Assembly: GCA_965206595.1 (NCBI GenBank)
Contig: OZ242214.1
Coordinates: 928,001-992,000, forward strand
From: Candidatus Latescibacterota bacterium
GTDB lineage: Bacteria > Latescibacterota > UBA2968 > UBA8231
Length of the DNA: 64,000 bases
Direction of reading: 5' to 3'
Below the pieces are notes generated by a model that did not search any database, was not told the DNA's origin, and worked only from the letters and a program-made list of their open reading frames with translations. Below are positions 37,922 through 52,955 of the stretch, piece by piece. The stretch's first letter is position 1; each line of letters begins with the position of its first letter. The position numbers were made by a program, and so were the translations under genes.

Positions 37922-38270
37922 GATCACTCTTTCGGCGCGGAGAAGCCAAAGGCTTCGAAGAGCACAACCCCCGCCTGGTGCCTGCTTGCGCAATTCCGCG
38001 TGAATTCGGTCGCCGCTTCATTACGCGCGCAGGCACTATTCCGGTTCTCGATGGACTACCCCGAGTCCAGCCGGAGATTGACCGCCTTCTCAGGCTCGTC
38101 CTGGCGATCCCGGTCCTCATCCTGTCGTCCTGATCACTGCCTCCCCTTCTGCGGTTCCAGGGTTTGGTCGAGGATCGGGTGGTTTCGTCAAAAGGGTTGC
38201 TATCGGCCTTCAGTAGTCGACGGTCTCAGGTTGTCCGAGAGCCAGTGGGTGGTAATGTTTTTGGGACCCT

Positions 38271-38540
38271 TTAAATTCCTTGCTGATCCCTTCCATTATC
38301 GCTATCTCGGCTTCCGACCTTTACTAATCTGTCTTCGGGCGTCATTGACAGGACGACTGTGTCGCTGGCGAAGCTAGGCACGTTGTTGTCCAGTGCGATC
38401 ACCTGCAATCTGCCTTGATAGTTTTTAACTTCCGCCATCAGCAACCGGTAGGTATCATCGCGACGCTCGAGTGCCTTCATTGGATCGAAATACAAACCCT
38501 CTGGAAAGGCCATCAGCCTGGATGTCCTGTCGTCGCTCAA
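38271..38540 (-). pseudogene. Possible C-terminal remnant of an SMC/ABC-type ATPase
   Basis: 'YRLLM...GRLQVIALDNNVP...VVLSMTPEDRLV' resembles the H-loop strand/C-terminus of defence-associated ABC ATPases; no upstream part found. Confidence 0.3.
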
Positions 38541-38701
38541 GTAAACCGGTCCTATCTTCTGACAATCACACCATTGTTGTAAGTAAATCCAGAAATTTGT
38601 GACGGATAGCCGGATATGCGGTGCATCATTGGCGGAAAAATGCTTCCGCTGTATTCCTTTAGAAGTTGTGTGGCATCGTTAGTGAAATGAAGGAAATAGA
38701 T

Positions 38702-39199
38702 TCAAGAAAATCGGCGTTCGCCAACACGGCGTGCGTGATCAGCTATCGCAGTAAGCGAACGTTCATGTTCCAATGCTGCACGTATGGAGTTGATCACCTC
38801 CGTGCCTGGCAACCTTGATAACTTGGCGCGGGAAATACCGAATCGGGAAGCCCCCAACTCGACGATTTGCTTCTTCAAATACCGTTCGTCACTGAGAATC
38901 CTTTCGACCTCTTCACCAGCCATGGACGCAAGGTCCGGCGGAAGTTCGATTGGCGGCTTGGTGCCCGATTTGTGGTGTTTTGACCCTGTAGACGCATGCA
39001 ACAATTCTGGCAACTCATCAATGGTGCGGGACTTGAAGGGCTTCAATACCTCTGCAAGACGACTAAGCCCATCGCTCATTTGTGGATTACCAGTTCGGGC
39101 GTCCGCCTGCATGCCTGCCAAGCGAGACAGGTATTTTACAAGATCGCCAACCAGCAAGTCGGTGTTACCCTTCTGGGTCTGTGCTCCCGCTTTTCTCAT
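38702..39199 (-). CDS. Hypothetical helical protein translationally coupled to the ParA-like ATPase
   Basis: 165 aa; ATGA overlap with the ATPase stop codon. Confidence 0.7.
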   Translation of the reverse strand: MRKAGAQTQKGNTDLLVGDLVKYLSRLAGMQADARTGNPQMSDGLSRLAEVLKPFKSRTIDELPELLHASTGSKHHKSGTKPPIELPPDLASMAGEEVERILSDERYLKKQIVELGASRFGISRAKLSRLPGTEVINSIRAALEHERSLTAIADHARRVGERRFS

Positions 39200-41516
39200 A
39201 GGGCATCAATCCGATTGAGAATGTTTTGAGTCAGAGCTTCAAATTGGGCGTGGATGCCGCGACCACCGATATTTTGCGAAGATGAGCGGTCAAAGACCGG
39301 AACCCGGCCAGTCAGGGCTTCGGATACACCCGTACCTTGATGAATAAAGGGTTCTAGGAGAAGATTTCCCCACCGCCTTTGCATGGACCTCAAGTGTTGT
39401 GTGTGATCGTTGGTATAGCCCGAATCTGCATTACCCGCAACCTGAATACGACAGACCACTAATCCAACCAGTTGAGTTTCAGAGACGAACATTCTTCTCT
39501 CTTCGCCCATCGCTGCCAATTCATTGAGTCTGACATCTATACCGGACTGGATCATGTTGCGGAGATGAGGAGCGCCTCGCTCCATAACGGCTTCCGGGAC
39601 TACAGGGACAATATATCCATGGCTGGCGGCAATGGCATTCTGGGAAACTATCTTGGTTGCCGGGGCGCAATCGAAAAGGATATAATCGTAGGAACCATCG
39701 GCACCCGTATCCTCGATCCAGCGAGACATTAGAGTACGTTTGTTCCACTCGGATTGAATGGCGTTCCCTTGATGCGATGCCGTGAGTTCGATTTCCGTAT
39801 CATCCAAGGCAAGATTTGCGGGAACAATGTGGATATTTGCATAGCTGCCGTGCACACCGAACTGAGATGGCTGGATGATTTCTCTACCGGGCGCTTGGTG
39901 GTATAACTGGACTTTTGCAAACTCCGCTTTTTTACTAAAGTTTGAGATGTGCGACAATTCGCTGCTCTGTCCACCCTATTGAGGCTTGGTCCACTACCCA
40001 GGAGATGGTTTTGCTGAGCGTCTCTCGCGACACGGCTCGACAGGCTTCGCCAATGGTCGTCAGCACGGTATGAGCCCAGTCACGCGCACGGCCCTGCCGC
40101 ATCCGTGCCATGAGCAGACTGTGCGTCAGCATCACGAGGTACCTATGCCGGGTCTGGCCCTCGCCGCTGCGTAACTGACAGTCTCCCATGCCCAGATGGT
40201 GCTTGCCGTCCCGATGAAAAGTCTCGGTGCCCGTCCAGCGTTTGCGATAAACATTCAGAATACGACTGATCTCCCAGTGCACGCGATTGGTCAGTAGAAA
40301 CTTGACCGCTTCCCTGCCGTTCTTGCGATCCCACAGGATCACCAGGCGAACCCGGTGCTCGAGCTTGGGCAGACTCAGGGTTTTGGTGAAATACCATTGT
40401 TTGCGCTTGCCGATGCTGACCTGTTTGCGATCCTCGGGCGGGATATTCGCAGCCACTTCCGCGGCCTTCATCAGGCCGCCCTTGAACTCGACCTTGCGGT
40501 TGCTCTTCAGGGCTCCTACGTAGCCGCGCTCATGACTATGGAGGTGATCGAGACACTCGACACTGCTGAAGTAGCAGTCGAAGGCGAAATCGCCCGGGAT
40601 CTGTCGGAACACGACCCAGTCCACCAGCTCTTTGAACAGCTCGGTATGGCTCTTGAAGGAGGGGTCCGTCTCCCCTTCCCGGCCCTTGCGAAAGCGACGG
40701 AATTCCAACGGATAGTATTTCCCCGAGGTGCACACGTAGTTGGCGATGACGTAGTCGTGCGCAATCATATGGCGCTTGTCCGAGTGATCCCAAAACCACC
40801 CCACATCCTCGATCTTTTCTCCGCTGTGGCCGACCAAGGTGTTGTCGATGGCGATCACCCCGCGCCCTGAATAGCGCGTCGAAGGGTGCTCCTGCAACCA
40901 TTCCAGGCGATGTTCGTTGAGCCATTTTCCGTCCCACCGCACCTGCGTAATCCAGCGGTTCAGGCAGGACTGATCGGTGGTCTCGACGAACTCGGCGTTG
41001 ATCGCCGATACATTTTTGCGTTCGGCCACCATCAACCCGGTTAGATACTCGCCAAAGTGACGGCGCTCCGGGGCGTTGGCGAAGAGGCCGCCGAACTCGG
41101 CCACCGCTTCTTCAACCACCGTGGGAAAATCAACAATACCTGGCATGAACAACCTCTCTCATGGCCAGGGGAAACCGAGGCCGGGGATGCCTTCGTCCTA
41201 CCAAACATACCAAGTTCCATCGAATTCGTGCTACCCTCTAATCCTTGACCGATTATCCAGGAATTCTGCCTTTTGCAAAAGTCCAGGTGGAGCCAAGAAA
41301 ATTTCGGAAAATAAGGTCGACGGTTTCTCCTGAACCCGCGGCCTGTTCCCAGGCGCTAGTTCCCAAGCAGACTATCGATAGACTGCTTTGGTGGTCCATA
41401 TCGACGAGCAATACCCGCGCACCGTGAAACCTCGCAAGGCCAGCGGCGAGATTAAATGCGAGCGTGGTTTTTCCTACGCCCCCTTTGAAATTGATGACAC
41501 TGATACGTTTTGCCAT
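39196..41516 (-). pseudogene. ParA/Soj-family (AAA_31) ATPase split by IS701
   Basis: N-part '[11 protein letters not shown]...VLLVDMDHQ' (41287-41516); C-part 'YDYILFDCAP...NAIAAS..YIVPV.PE' (39196-39906). Confidence 0.88.
39907..41286 (-). mobile_element. IS701-family element (transposase 39935-41146)
   Basis: 15-bp perfect IR CTGGACTTTTGCAAA at both ends; transposase 'IAIDNT', 'FDCYF', 'YRKRWTGTETFHRDGK..LG.GDCQLR'. Confidence 0.9.
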
Positions 41517-41754
41517 TCGTAGTTCTCCTCTTTTAAAGACAATTTAGTCTAAAAAGACGCGAGTCTGGAGTGGTTGTCAAGGGAGTTTCTACGTTTGCAC
41601 TGCGGTCAAGGTCCGTCTTCTAGACCGGGGTCAGGTTCGAAGGCTTTTCCGGCCGTTGGAAAGCCCCTGGCTTTATGGGAGCTATGATACACCGGGGGAA
41701 AGGCCGACCACGCGTAGATTAGGCAGTCCTCCTGCAAGACAAGGGCGGCCAAAA

Positions 41755-42479
41755 TTACCACGCCAACCCCACCCCCCGCTCCCGCAGATCCGCCCGCTGG
41801 CGCTCATAGTCCGGCATGAGCCGCCCCAGGGCCCGCCAGTAGTCGCGCCCGTGGCCCCGGTGCCGAAGGTGCACCAGCTCGTGGACCACCACGTAATCCA
41901 CCAGACGCATGGGGGCCTGGATGATGCGCCAGTTCAGCCGGATTGTCCCGCTGCGGTTGCAGCTCCCCCAGCGCTTCTGCTGGTCCGCGATAACCACCCG
42001 GGGCATCGCGACGCCAACCTTCGACCGCCACGCCTCCACGCGTTCCGGCAACCGCTCCGCGGCGTGACGCCGCAGCCACGCGACCAAAGCCGCTCTCACG
42101 TGATCCCTCTGCCCCTCCCCCGCTGGCGCGGGCACGTGCAGCCACCCCCCGCGCAGCTTCGCCTCCCCCGGCCCCCCGGAATCAACCTTCAGCCGGTAGT
42201 GCCGTCCCAGGTACATCACGCTCTCGCCGCTGACGAACTCCCGCGGCGGAGGAGGATCCCCCGACTCCACCCCCCGGAGCCGCTTCACGATCCACGGTGC
42301 TTTCCGCCGGACCATCGCATCCAGTCGGCTGGTGCTGATCTGCTCCGGGGCCACGAGCAACACCCAGCCTCCGGAATCCACCGTCACCGCCACGGTCTTC
42401 TTCCGCCGGGCGCTGCGGCGGATGGCATAGGTCAGGCGCGTATCCCCCCAGGCGATCTCCGAAGTTTCCAGGCTGCCGG

Positions 42480-42483
<4 letters not shown>
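41755..42483 (-). CDS. M48/SprT-like (YgjP/DUF45) zinc metalloprotease associated with type I R-M
   Basis: 'RWGSC', 'YVVVHELVHL..H...YW'; ATGA overlap with hsdR; true start 42483. Confidence 0.9.
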
Positions 42484-45491
<3,008 letters not shown>

Positions 45492-45495
<4 letters not shown>

Positions 45496-46258
45496 GCGGC
45501 CTCGGTGTCCGGGGTGACGCGGAGCTCGCCGGTGAGAAGGGCAGCCATAAGGGACTGTTTGGCTCTTTGAAGTCCCTCCATCTTCTCCTCTTCTACTTGC
45601 AGCCTAATCTCAAATCCACCGAGTACCCCTTCCATCTCGTCTTGTTCCGAGAGCGGGGGCAGGGGAACTCTCAGATCATGGATTGGACCTTGCGTAACGA
45701 GCGGCTGTCCAGATTTCTTCCGCAGCTTGGCCAAGTTCTCGAACTGCAGAAGAGGGGTCAGAAACCCAACGTTTACCGGCCGCAGCCAGTCCCGAGTATA
45801 GAGCGCGTTATCAGACACCCAACAAGCCCGATCCGGGCGGTGAACTACCCCACAATATTCCCCGACTCGTCCAACTACCAAGAGTGGCGGCTCCGCGTTC
45901 GATGACGACGTAAACCCGGCAATACCATTACCACCGAATACAGGGTATGGATTCTCGGTCGAGGTGGTCTCTTCGAGGGATCGAACCGCGATGCTCTTGC
46001 CACTTGTCAATTTGAAGATTTGCCCCAACTGAACTACTTCCCACTCCGCTGGAATCTCCCCAATCTCCGTCTGCTTGAACCGCGTGTGCCGGCCCGGCAG
46101 GCCCCGCGTGAGCAGCTCCTGCATCAGGCCGCGCTTGACGACCTGCACTTGGTCGATGACCGCCTGAGTCTTCTCGATGGCGTCGTCCACCGAGGAGAGG
46201 ATGGCGGCAATCTTGCGCTGCTCGGGAACGGGCGGAATCGGAACATTCAGGCTCTTCG
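45492..46258 (-). pseudogene. hsdS: Type I R-M specificity subunit, 5'-truncated by IS256 (one TRD left)
   Basis: 'IPPVPEQRKIAAILSSVDDAI', 'KRGLMQELLT', 'FKQTEIGEIPAEW', 'LPPLSEQ', 'KQSLMAALLTG'. Confidence 0.88.
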
Positions 46259-47684
46259 GGCAAGTCCCATTTTCAGTTGAAACAAAGCACAGGCTCGGTT
46301 GAATAGATCAGCCCGTCATAGCGAGCTGTTTGATACCGAGCTCGCCTTGCAGGGCGTGCCGCATCGTCGGTAAGTGACGGTAGCCCTTGACCCGGCGCAG
46401 ACGCGGTTCGATGTCCAACAGCGCCGTGGCTACCCAGCGGTGACGCTGCGATGAGTTGCTCCAGCGCCGCACGTTATGCGTCAACTGCTCCAGGAGACCG
46501 TTGACGTTCTCGATGCAGTTGGTGGTACGGAAGGAATTCTTCAACATCGGCATCACTCCCAAGCGGTGCAGGGTGAGGGTCTCTTCCAGGCCTTCCTCGA
46601 GGCTGCGCAGGGCGGACTGGTTCGTCAGCTCCAAGCCCGGTTTGAGCGCCTCCAGGGCAGCCTTGGCCTCCTCGTACGTCGCTTGCCCGTAGGCCGCTTC
46701 CATTTTGTAACGGATCCGGGCCTGCTCGCTCTTGGGCAGATACGAGACGACGTTCTGGCGTTTGTGATACTGGCAGCGCTGCACGCAGGCATGCCCTTTC
46801 AGCACCGACCGCACCGCCTTGTACAGTCCCTTGCCGCCGTCGAGGACGACCAGCAGTCCGGCTTCATACTGCAAGCCTCGTTCGACCAGATCGGACAGGA
46901 AGCGCCGGCAGACGCGCTCGTTCTCGGTGGCCGCCTGCACGAAGCCTAGCGGAATCTTGTGTCCGTCCAGGGTGACGCCCAAGGCGATGAGGATCTCCTC
47001 GTCGGCGAAGCTCTTGCCGTCGAGAAACAGCGCCACCAGATCGTATCCTTGCAAAGATCGCTCCTGGAATTCGGCCAGCTTTCGCGCCGTGCCTTTCACG
47101 TAGCGCCGCGACACCGAGGAACCGGACCGGCCGAAGGCGGCCGGGACGGCCTCGGCGCAGGCCTCGTAGTCGCGCGTGGCGATCCCTTTCAACACGCGCA
47201 GCAACAGACCCTCGTCCTGGTTCCGGGGCCTCTGCAGGGCCGGGTAGGCCGCCAGCGGCACCTCGGTCCGGCTGGCCACATTGCGCACCCGCGGCACTTC
47301 GACCCTCAGTTTCTGATCGCCCAGATACACCGATCCGGACTGAGATCCCCAGCGGCGCACCGGCTGCTCGGCCCCCTTGCGCTGATAGCGCGGCCCGGCC
47401 AACTCCTCGACCGCCCGTTGCAATTCCTCGGCGACGGCTTGCAGACCCAAAGGAATCAGGCATTGGATCCCCTCGATGCGCGTATCCAGATCGCCGGTAA
47501 GGGCGGCGGCCTCCGCATTCACGGGGCCGATTTCCAGGCTGCGTTTGACCTGCTTCCGGGGTCCTGATAGCTTGCTCATGGCAGGCTCCTTTCTGTTACC
47601 TGATACGAGGTTTTCCGCAAAAACTTCCCGTACCAAGGTAGCGAGGGGAGCCTGTGCTGTTTCAACTAAGATCGGGACAATGCC
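46259..47684 (-). mobile_element. IS256-family element (transposase 46308-47579)
   Basis: Imperfect IR GGCA..GTCCC....AGTTGAAACA..GCACAGGCTC at both ends; 'LFLDGK', 'VLDGGKGL', 'QRCQYHK', 'TTNCIE'; no target duplication. Confidence 0.9.
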
Positions 47685-47716
47685 TTCTCTTATCCCCCTT
47701 CTGAAAGGAGAGACCT

Positions 47717-48745
47717 ATGGTGACGGGGCGTCCATTACCGCCGTTAGAGCTGAGTCCGTCGGACCGGGAACGATTGGAATCGATGGCCAAATCCCGGAGC
47801 CTTTCCCACGGGTTGGTGCGGCGAGCCGAGATTAGTCTGCTGGCCGCAGAAGGCTGGCCCAATGAAGCCGTCGCCGCCGCCGTGGGTGTGACGCGTGCTA
47901 CGGTCGGCAAGTGGCGCCGGCGCTTTCTCGAAAACGGGCTCCCGGGCTTGCATGATGAGCTGCGCTCAGGGGCGCCACGATCGAGTACGGATGAACAGGT
48001 AGCCGAGGTGGTATACAAGACCCTGAAGACCAAGCCCAAAGACGAAACACAGTGGTCGGTGCGCTCCATGGGCGAAGAAACCGGCTTGACCAAGGACGCG
48101 GTTCATCGCATTTGGCGCACGTATGGTTTGCAGCCCCATCGACACAAGCACTTCACGCTTTCCACCGATCCTTTCTTTGTCGACAAAGTACGGGATATCG
48201 TCGGCTTGTACCTGAATCCCCCCGAGCACGCCCTGGTGCTGTGCGTCGACGAGAAGAGCCGGATCCAGGCGTTGGAACGAAGTCAGCCCATGCTGCCCCT
48301 GGGACTGGGATACGTGGAAGGGATTACGCACGATTACAAGCGCCATGGCACCACCACCCTGTTTGCCGCCTTGGACGTAGCCACCGGGGAAGTGATGACC
48401 CAGTGCAAGCCCCGTCATCGTCACCAGGAGTTCCTTCAGTTCCTGCGCCACATCGAGGCCCACGTCCCCGCTGACCTCGATATTCATCTCGTCGTCGACA
48501 ACTACGCCACGCATAAGCATGCCAAGGTCAAGCGATGGTTGGCACGGCGTCCCCGATTTCACGTTCACTACACCCCCACCTATGCTTCGTGGCTCAATCA
48601 GGTGGAGATCTGGTTCAATATCCTTACCCGCCAGGCGGTTCGCCGGGACTCGTTCCGCAAGGTGTCGGAGCTCATCGAGCGCATCGAACGCTACACGGCC
48701 AAATGGAACGCCAACGCACACCCTTTCGTCTGGACGGCTACCTGA
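47717..48745 (+). mobile_element. IS630-family transposase, 3' end clipped
   Basis: HTH 'W..RF...G..GL.DE.RSGAP', 'LCVDEKS', 'DYKRHGT', 'VVDNYATHK', 'SWLNQVE.WF'; ends at 'FVWTAT' fused to an IS66 terminus. Confidence 0.88.
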
Positions 48746-48753
48746 ACGGTTAC
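48742..48753 (+). repeat. Orphan IS66 right terminal repeat
   Basis: CTGAACGGTTAC, identical to the last 12 bp of the three IS66 copies. Confidence 0.7.
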
Positions 48754-50181
48754 CTCCACCCATCCTGACCGCCCTGCACGAAGACGTGGCGGATGGCTTC
48801 GTTATTTGTGCGGGCGCACATCGCCTGTTGAAACAAGCGACCGTTTGTGAGGAAGCGAACAAATCCTTCTGGTTGCAACTTGTCGGCACCGGGATCACCA
48901 CAACATGGGCAGCCCACCTCGGTGCCGTATGCGCTCAAGCCAAGTGGCCGGCGATTACCTGTATGAATATCTGGGAGAGCCAACTCATCACCGAACCGAT
49001 CGAGTTGCGCGGCGGTTTCTACCGTGTGTCTGAAAAACCGGGTATTGGTGTGGAAGTTGATCAAACAGCCATGCAGAGATACGAGGTGGACTACTCCTTC
49101 GTGGACCTGCCCCGCCAGGAACCTATCTCAAAATAGGCAAACTTAAACTTATTCTCGAAATAACAGTGATGTCCCATTGGTGTATGGTCAATCTGACCGA
49201 CATGCAATGGCAACGAATCCGCCATCACTTTCCTGAAGAACTTCGTCCCAAGAGCCATCCGGGTCGCAAACCGGTTTGCACGCGTGATGTTTTTGAAGCC
49301 GTCCTTTGGATTCTAAACACCGGGGCTCAATGGCATATGTTGCCGCCGTGCTATCCGAACTACAAAACCGTGCATCGCCGTTTTCAAAACGGGTGTCGTC
49401 AAGGGGTGGTACGCGAAGTTCTCATGGACCTGGCCCAGACCCTTCACGAGCAAGGGGGCCTGGACGAATCGGAGGCTTTCATCGATGGCATGTTCTCGGC
49501 GGCCAAGGGTGGAGGTGCCGATATCGGCCACACCAAGCGAGGTAAGGGGGTGCGGGTCATGGGGATCGTGGACGGCAATGGGCTTCCCTTGTCGGTGAGC
49601 ACGCATGCAGCGAACCATCATGAAGTGACGCTGGTTCAGTTGACCTTTGACTTTTACCTCATCGAAGACCAACCTGACAACTTGATCGGCGACAAGGCGT
49701 ACGACAGCGATTCGTTGGATGAAGAACGTAAGAAAGACGGGATCGAGATGATCGCCCCGCATCGCCAGAATCGGACCAAGAAAAAGACTCAGGACGGACG
49801 GCGATTGCGGCGTTATGTGCGGCGTTGGATGGTTGAGAGATTCTTTGCTTGGCTTCAATGGCAGCGTCGAGTGATCACTCGCTGGGAATTGTATCCGGAG
49901 AATTTTCTTGGCTTCGTCCAACTTGCATCCATTTTGATTTTACTTAAACAATTTCAATTTTGAGATAGGTTCATGTCTATCGCTATGCCCGCGCCAGCAG
50001 AGAAACCACCTACTACGGCTGCAGCAAACAGGAACTCCATGCGGTCTATCCGAACGACGCCATGCCTGCTTCCGAGACGGGATCTTCTCTGGAAGCCGTT
50101 CCCGACGACGGAAGTGATGTGTTCAAGGAACTCCATGATGCCGTGCAGGGCGGCAGGACTGTGCGCCGGCTCGAGCAATAA
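48754..50181 (+). pseudogene. 3' part of enolase-superfamily (mandelate racemase-like) gene, 5'-deleted and split by IS5
   Basis: 'WLQLVGTGIT...AHL...PGIGVEVD...VDLPR' rejoins 'HVYRYARA..PDDGS..RRLEQ*' across the IS5. Confidence 0.75.
49119..49972 (+). mobile_element. IS5-family element (transposase 49166-49963)
   Basis: 16-bp perfect IR GAACCTATCTCAAAAT; 'LTD.QW', 'TG.QW..LP', 'IDG', 'GDKAYDS', 'RWMVERFFAW'. Confidence 0.9.
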
Positions 50182-50383
50182 AGGGGCCTGGACCCGGCCG
50201 CGAGTCTCCGCTGCAATCAACCGGCCGTAGGATCTGAACCGCGGCCGCGAATCCCGGATTACTCTGCATCAAACCGGATCCAACCATCCATCTGCCCCTG
50301 CTGGCCATCTCGCTCCTCTTTGTGGCTCCACCGCTGCCAGCGGGGATGGGAGCGGGGTTGCTGTTAAAGAAACGACTGAACAT

Positions 50384-50773
50384 TCAAGATGCGGGAACAC
50401 CAATCGAGGCGTGGATCTGTGCAAACATCCACACCTCATCAACTTTTTCCAACACGCCCGTCATTCGCATCACGAACTCCTCCAGTGTGCCTTGCCATTT
50501 GAGTCGCCACACCTGACGCGTGTAGAACCACCCGACGTTTTCCCGTTCATGGACGTCAAGATTGATAAACTTAATGCTGAAATCCTCTGTGCTTGCGACG
50601 TGGTTTCGGTAATACGCCGCGATCTCTGCGCCCCCCTCAACAACTTCATCAGAGTCGGTGCCGATCTTAACATAGTGAGAGGCAGGACGCATCATTGCAA
50701 TGAGGGTTTCAGCATCTCCAATAACAAGCGCGTCAAAATACGCCCGCACCGTATCATGCGCATTCGACATCAT
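50384..50773 (-). CDS. SnoaL-like / NTF2-family protein
   Basis: 'IGTDSDE...G', 'RMTGVLEK....W.FAQIHASIG'. Confidence 0.75.
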   Translation of the reverse strand: MMSNAHDTVRAYFDALVIGDAETLIAMMRPASHYVKIGTDSDEVVEGGAEIAAYYRNHVASTEDFSIKFINLDVHERENVGWFYTRQVWRLKWQGTLEEFVMRMTGVLEKVDEVWMFAQIHASIGVPAS

Positions 50774-50789
50774 GAAATCCCGTAAGGGC

Positions 50790-50843
50790 ATCCCAATTGC
50801 GGCAATCCCACATGTGTCGATGCGTATCGACGATGGGTAGCAT
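50790..50843 (-). pseudogene. N-terminal stub of amidohydrolase-family gene
   Basis: RBS AAGGAAGG plus MLPIVDTHRHMWD (D-x-H-x-H metal motif), then loss of similarity. Confidence 0.55.
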
Positions 50844-50863
50844 GGTCTTTCCTTCCTTTATTA

Positions 50864-52346
50864 GTAACCGTTCAGTCTCCCTGCAGTAGTTTGCGCATGT
50901 AAAGAAATACCTAAGCGGGTTTTCGGGTTCGTCGGTATTTTCGGATTGGTTGTGTGTTGCAGATTCTCCGGATACGAGCAACCCCATGAAGAGACCCCCT
51001 GAGGGTGCGATTTCCGAAGGCGACTTGCGTCAGCGCATTGTCCAGCTCGAGCGGATCGTGGAACAACAGACGTCCCGCATCGCCGAGCTGGAGCAGGAAT
51101 TGGCCCGTCGCAAGGGGCGATCCCGCCGTGGCGCTCAAACCTCCTCGTCGGGTTCCTCCACGCGGCGTACCGATGCCTCCGGCCGTCGCCGGTCCTCGGG
51201 GCGCTCGCCGGGCGGACAGCCCGGGCACGAAGGACCCGGCCGCTCGTGGGTATCGGTCGAGCAGGTGGACGAACGGATCCCGGTCAAGCCCAGCCATTGC
51301 CACGGATGCGGGCACCCGTTGACGGGAGACGATCCTCATCCGCAGCGTCACCAGGAAGTCGTCATCCCGCCGCTGCGGGCCGAGGTCATCGAGTATCAGT
51401 TGCACACCCTGCGCTGCGCTCACTGCGACCGCCTGACCGCAGCCGGTTGGCCCGAGGGCGTATCGCGGCACACCTTCGGTCCCAGCGTGCAGGCCTGGGT
51501 CGGCCTGCTGGCCGGGGCCTACCGGCTGAGCAAGCGCAACATCCGGGCGCTGTTGTCCGACGCCTTCGGCCTCGAGGTGTCGCTGGGTACCGTCAGCCGG
51601 CTGGAACGGGAAGTGGCTGCGACCCTGGCGGCTCCGGTCGAGGAGGCGCGCGCCTTCGTTCGCCGACAGGGCCTCGTCAACGTCGACGAGACCGGCTGGC
51701 GCCAGGGCCGCGCCAAGGCCTGGTTGTGGACCGCGGTGACCGAGGGCGTCACCGTATTCTCCATTCGCCCCAGCCGGGGACGCGACGGGGTCGATGAGAT
51801 GCTGGGTGCGGATAACACGGCGGTGGTCGGCTGCGATCGCTATTCGGCCTATGGGCATCTGCCGCTTCGACGCCGGCAAGTGTGCTGGGCGCATCTGCGG
51901 CGCGCCTTCGAGGAGTTCGTGGCCCGGGGCGGAGAGGCCGGGCGCGTCGGTCACCACCTGTTGGACCGCAGCGAGCAGCTGTTTACCTGGTGGCATCAAG
52001 TCCGCGACGGCACCCTGTCCCGCGCCCGCTTCCAGGACTATATCGACGATTTGTGTCTGCGCTTTCGTTTTCATTTGTGCTATGGGCAGCGGTTCGCCGA
52101 CGCCAAGACGGCGGCCACCTGCGGAAATCTCCTCGACCTCGGGCCGGCCCGAGCGCCTGCTCACGGTGCGCGATACCCTGGGCCAGCAACAGCGCAACGT
52201 CCTCGACTATCTCAGGATGGCCTGTCAGGCTGCCGTGTCTCAGCAGCCGGCGCCCTCGCTGCTGCCTTCAGCCCACTCCCCCATTCGTTAATATTCTGCT
52301 ACCATTCCGCCCCCGGCCCCAACCTGCCAGGGAACTGAACGGTTAC
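50864..52346 (+). mobile_element. IS66-family element, copy 3, with 128-bp internal deletion
   Basis: Same IRs; 8-bp target duplication CTTTATTA; lacks the segment equal to 25700-25827 (EPTNNEAER motif), causing a frameshift. Confidence 0.92.
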
Positions 52347-52359
52347 CTTTATTAAGTGG

Positions 52360-52869
52360 TTAAATCTCAACTCGGCTCTCGTACACCTGGGCATGACCAC
52401 TTTGGTCCGACGCAAAAACCACGTAGCGTTCACCCGGGGAGAAATGCGGATGCGGATGCGTGTGCTGCGGCGCATGGACCGCGACCACTCGCACCACCAC
52501 CTCCTGTTCCCGCCCCACCCGGATCATCTCCCGCGCCTGCGCCACCAAACTGCACCAAGTGGTCTCGCACAAATTGTGGATGCCGTGGCTCGACAGGTAT
52601 ATCGAATACGCGTAGTGCGAGGGCACCGGCGTGACGACCAACGCCGCCTCGGCGATCCCGTCCCTGACCAATTCGCGCACATCGTAAGCCCGCACGCCGA
52701 GCGCTGCGGCCGCCCGGTCGCAATGCTCCTCGACCGGATCGACGCAAGCCACCACCTCGACCCAGTCTTCAAGCGACGGCAGCAAAGGCTGATAAATGGT
52801 GCTGGCGCGATTGTAAGGATTTCGGCGCCTTTCTGATCCGAAGCTCCTTCCGGCGGGGGGCTCGAGCAA
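52360..52869 (-). pseudogene. Chimeric remnant: Gfo/Idh/MocA oxidoreductase N-domain fused to oligogalacturonate-lyase-like C-terminus
   Basis: 'VVACVDP..E', 'VVTPVPSH....L..G.H.LCE' then abruptly 'HPHPHFSPGERYVVFASDQSGHAQVY'. Confidence 0.65.
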
Positions 52870-52955
52870 ATCAGGTGAGGAAAGTCACTTCAGCGTCCAC
52901 ATAGTAGGCGCATTGACTGCAATTGACTATTATGCGCCGGTGAGGAAACACCCCC

